Translations under genes and position numbers: made by a program
Notes under the pieces: model-generated
What the model was told of the DNA's origin: nothing
Databases searched by the model: none
The model's input: only the letters and a program-made list of their open reading frames with translations
Source of the DNA: Anolis carolinensis
Taxonomy: Eukaryota
DNA length: 64,000 nt
Assembly (NCBI RefSeq): GCF_035594765.1
Contig: NC_085844.1
Coordinates: 226,316,107-226,380,106 of the forward strand
Direction: 5' to 3'
Part shown: positions 61,512-64,000 of the stretch, in pieces
How the letters are laid out: each line of letters starts with the position of its first letter
How positions within the stretch are numbered: the first letter of the stretch is position 1

Positions 61512-64000
61512 AATCCAAACTCGCCCTGAGCTGCCTTTTGGCTGTCCCTGTATTTTTAGTAATCTGGATTTTTTAAACCTTCCACTGGCTTAATTCACAC
61601 TTGGAGTGTAGTCTCTGCCCAACAGATTCCCAATAAGAGAATGATTCCGTTGATTATTTCCTACCCTCGTATATGCATTCATTCAGCCTTACTTTTAATA
61701 TTGTACTGGCTTGATGACCACAAGTTGTAAGAAACTTCATGCAGTGAGGTGAGTAGACTGGCAGAGGTGTCCAGAATGTAAATGAAGTGAGCATAGAAAT
61801 GTCATTCTTAAACAGCTCTCTGCCAGTCCACACCATGGTGTTGTGTGTCTTAAAGTCTTTTCCAACTTGTGATGACTCTGCAATGAGCCTATCATTGAGT
61901 TTTCTTGGTAAAATTTGTTCAGAGAGGGTTTGCCGTTGCCTTCCTCTGAAGTAGAGAGAGTGTAACAGACAAGAGGCAGAAGCAGTGCCACTCCATCATG
62001 CTGATTCTGGCAAGCTCGTCAGCCAGGGCCTGATGGGTGGTAGCTTTCCAACTAGGCCCTCATTCATAAGGCCTTCAAAAATGATGGATGGTGGTGGTGG
62101 CTTTGAAGGCTCCATGAATGAGGCCAGTTGGGGAGCCAATTGAGAAGCCATGGCCCTCCCATCAGTTTCAGCCTTAATGGAGGGGTGCAAGCAGAAATTA
62201 TTAGCAGGCAGTCACTGTATGTGCAGCCAATGTGCACCTTTTTTGACTAAATTATAAAGAGTGCACTTTTTGCCTCTGTGTATGACATTTGGTAGACAAA
62301 AAAGTTTCAGGGTTTAGAAAATTGAGGTGTGCATTAGATTAGATGTCCCATTAGATTCGAGTAAATACTGGCAATTAGCTGGGACCTTTAACTTTGCATC
62401 CTACTTAAAAAGCAGGTGCAATATTTCTCTGAGGGTGCTGGTAGGAAAGTGTTGGCAGGGGCTTATGTTCTACTGCAGCCTCCCTCAACCATGATGCTCT
62501 CCACATGCGTTGAACTACAGCCCCAATGACTATGCTGACACTTTGAAAAGAAGCGGAGTTGTAGACCAGCTCATCAAGAGGGTTCCAGGTTGTAGAAAGT
62601 TCTGGTAGATTGTAAACATATCTCTATCCTCTCTTTTTTAAAGCTGAAGCACTTTAGACACCATCAGAATTTGGCCCTTGCCCTTTTTGCAGTGACATTT
62701 ACAAGTAGTTTCTGCTGCTGTTTATTGACTGATTTCTGTCTAGCCTGTATCTTTCTCTGATTACATGAGTTAATGAATATTGAACTGTTTCAATTGCTTT
62801 TAATTGTAATTAATTGGTCAGATTTTTAAATTGTTTCTAATCTGAAGTTTTTTGTTGTTGGTTTGAAGGCCAATTTTGTTGTCTACATGGGGTAGACATT
62901 TTAAAACTAAACAAACCAGATTCTGCACTTTGTATGGCATAGTGAACCAAAACCAAGCTGTGCTATAGATGAGAGCTTGGAACTCTGGAGTAAAAACAGC
63001 AAAAACTTGCCATAGTGCAACTGTAATTCTTATTTTATTAAGTGTGAGTAATAGTTGAAGTATTGTTGTAAGAAGGGTGAAGCTGAAATTCTTATTCAGC
63101 CATGAACTTTGCTTGGTAAAGGAGTGGCTGGGACAATCTGCCTTTTCTGTATCAATGAATTGTTGTGAAGATAATATGAATCAGGACAGAATTGTGTATA
63201 GTGCCTTGAGCTCTTTGAAGGCACAATTTCAGTATATGAATGTAAGAAAATTGTAAATGTAAGACATTTCAGCATTGTGAGTACAGGTGAAAAAAGTCAG
63301 TGTGTTCCTAGATATTACAACTTTAACAGAAAATTTCTGTTAAAGTTTTAATGTCTTATTTCTGCTTCTACCAGTAGCAGAAATATTATGTAAAGAATAG
63401 AGAGATATTCCTATACCACAAAAGAAAAGCAGATCAACCTGCTTCAACAATAATTTTATTTAAGACTAACAACATACAAATGCAAAGTCAAATAAGCAGA
63501 TCAGGGGAGCAAAAACATTTTGAACTTTTTAGAGTGCACTTGAAACCGTCTTCCAAACTGTATCCAGGGTTAACTTCTTCTTTTGCCAGATTCCACTTTT
63601 TTATGATGTCCACATTGGTGGCCAAACTATGTTTCTTGAACACACTGGAGACTGCAGCTGTTTACTTTGCACGTTATCACACTGAGGATTTAAAGCAGGC
63701 AGACCAGGTCTTCTTCCACTTGCAGAATATGGGAAATGTAGTTTGGGGTGGGGTCTTTTCAATATTCTGCTACAGAGGTCCTTGCCTTCCCAAACTACAT
63801 TTCCCAGAATTTTGCAGGCAGCAGAAGAACGGGGCTGCCCCTGTTAAAACCCCAGTGTGATTATGTGGTTGGAATAGAATAGAACAGAATAGATAACTTT
63901 ATTGTCATTGTACATTTTACAATGACATTAAATGCTTTCCCCAGCACACATCACAAACAACATACCCATCCCTACACACTTCCACCCTACCACACAGCTC

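Noticed and set aside
48423-64000. JPH2 exon 3 and later exons
   Set aside because: I found no sequence encoding the expected SHAKAKAEAA-like segment; it is probably beyond the window, although the gap cannot be excluded.

Overview
Vertebrate (squamate, very probably Anolis, from Sauria SINE and Anolis-SINE2-like repeats) genomic DNA. Two host genes lie on the + strand. OSER1 has a CpG-island promoter and noncoding exon 1 near 9.0 kb, plus three coding exons at 15345-15406, 16246-16356 and 18451-19120 (280 aa). JPH2 (junctophilin-2) has coding exons 1 and 2 at 28641-29019 and 47639-48422 and continues past the window. JPH2 intron 1 carries an intact, sense-oriented Ty3/Gypsy (Tf1/sushi-type) retrotransposon at 34482-39786 with apparently identical 303-bp LTRs and a single gag-pol ORF. 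The most interesting signals concern these LTR elements. (i) The intact element has no tRNA primer site but a self-priming structure. (ii) Its whole pol region is bracketed by a splice donor and acceptor, predicting a Gag-only mRNA whose C-terminus is encoded across the PPT and 3' LTR. (iii) Two diverged ~845-bp solo LTRs (20889-21733 and 52859-53704) keep a homologous U3 reading frame, with mainly synonymous changes at conserved residues, ending in an HMGN-like RRSxR(L/I)AxK motif. The rest is a dense transposon landscape (Penelope with hammerhead motifs, hAT, Tc1/Mariner/Tigger, Harbinger-like MITEs, CR1, L2, R4/Dong, a DIRS remnant, SINEs), candidate CTCF and muscle regulatory sites, and a 148-N gap. 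All calls were made by eye; repeat family names come from recall and need a database check.
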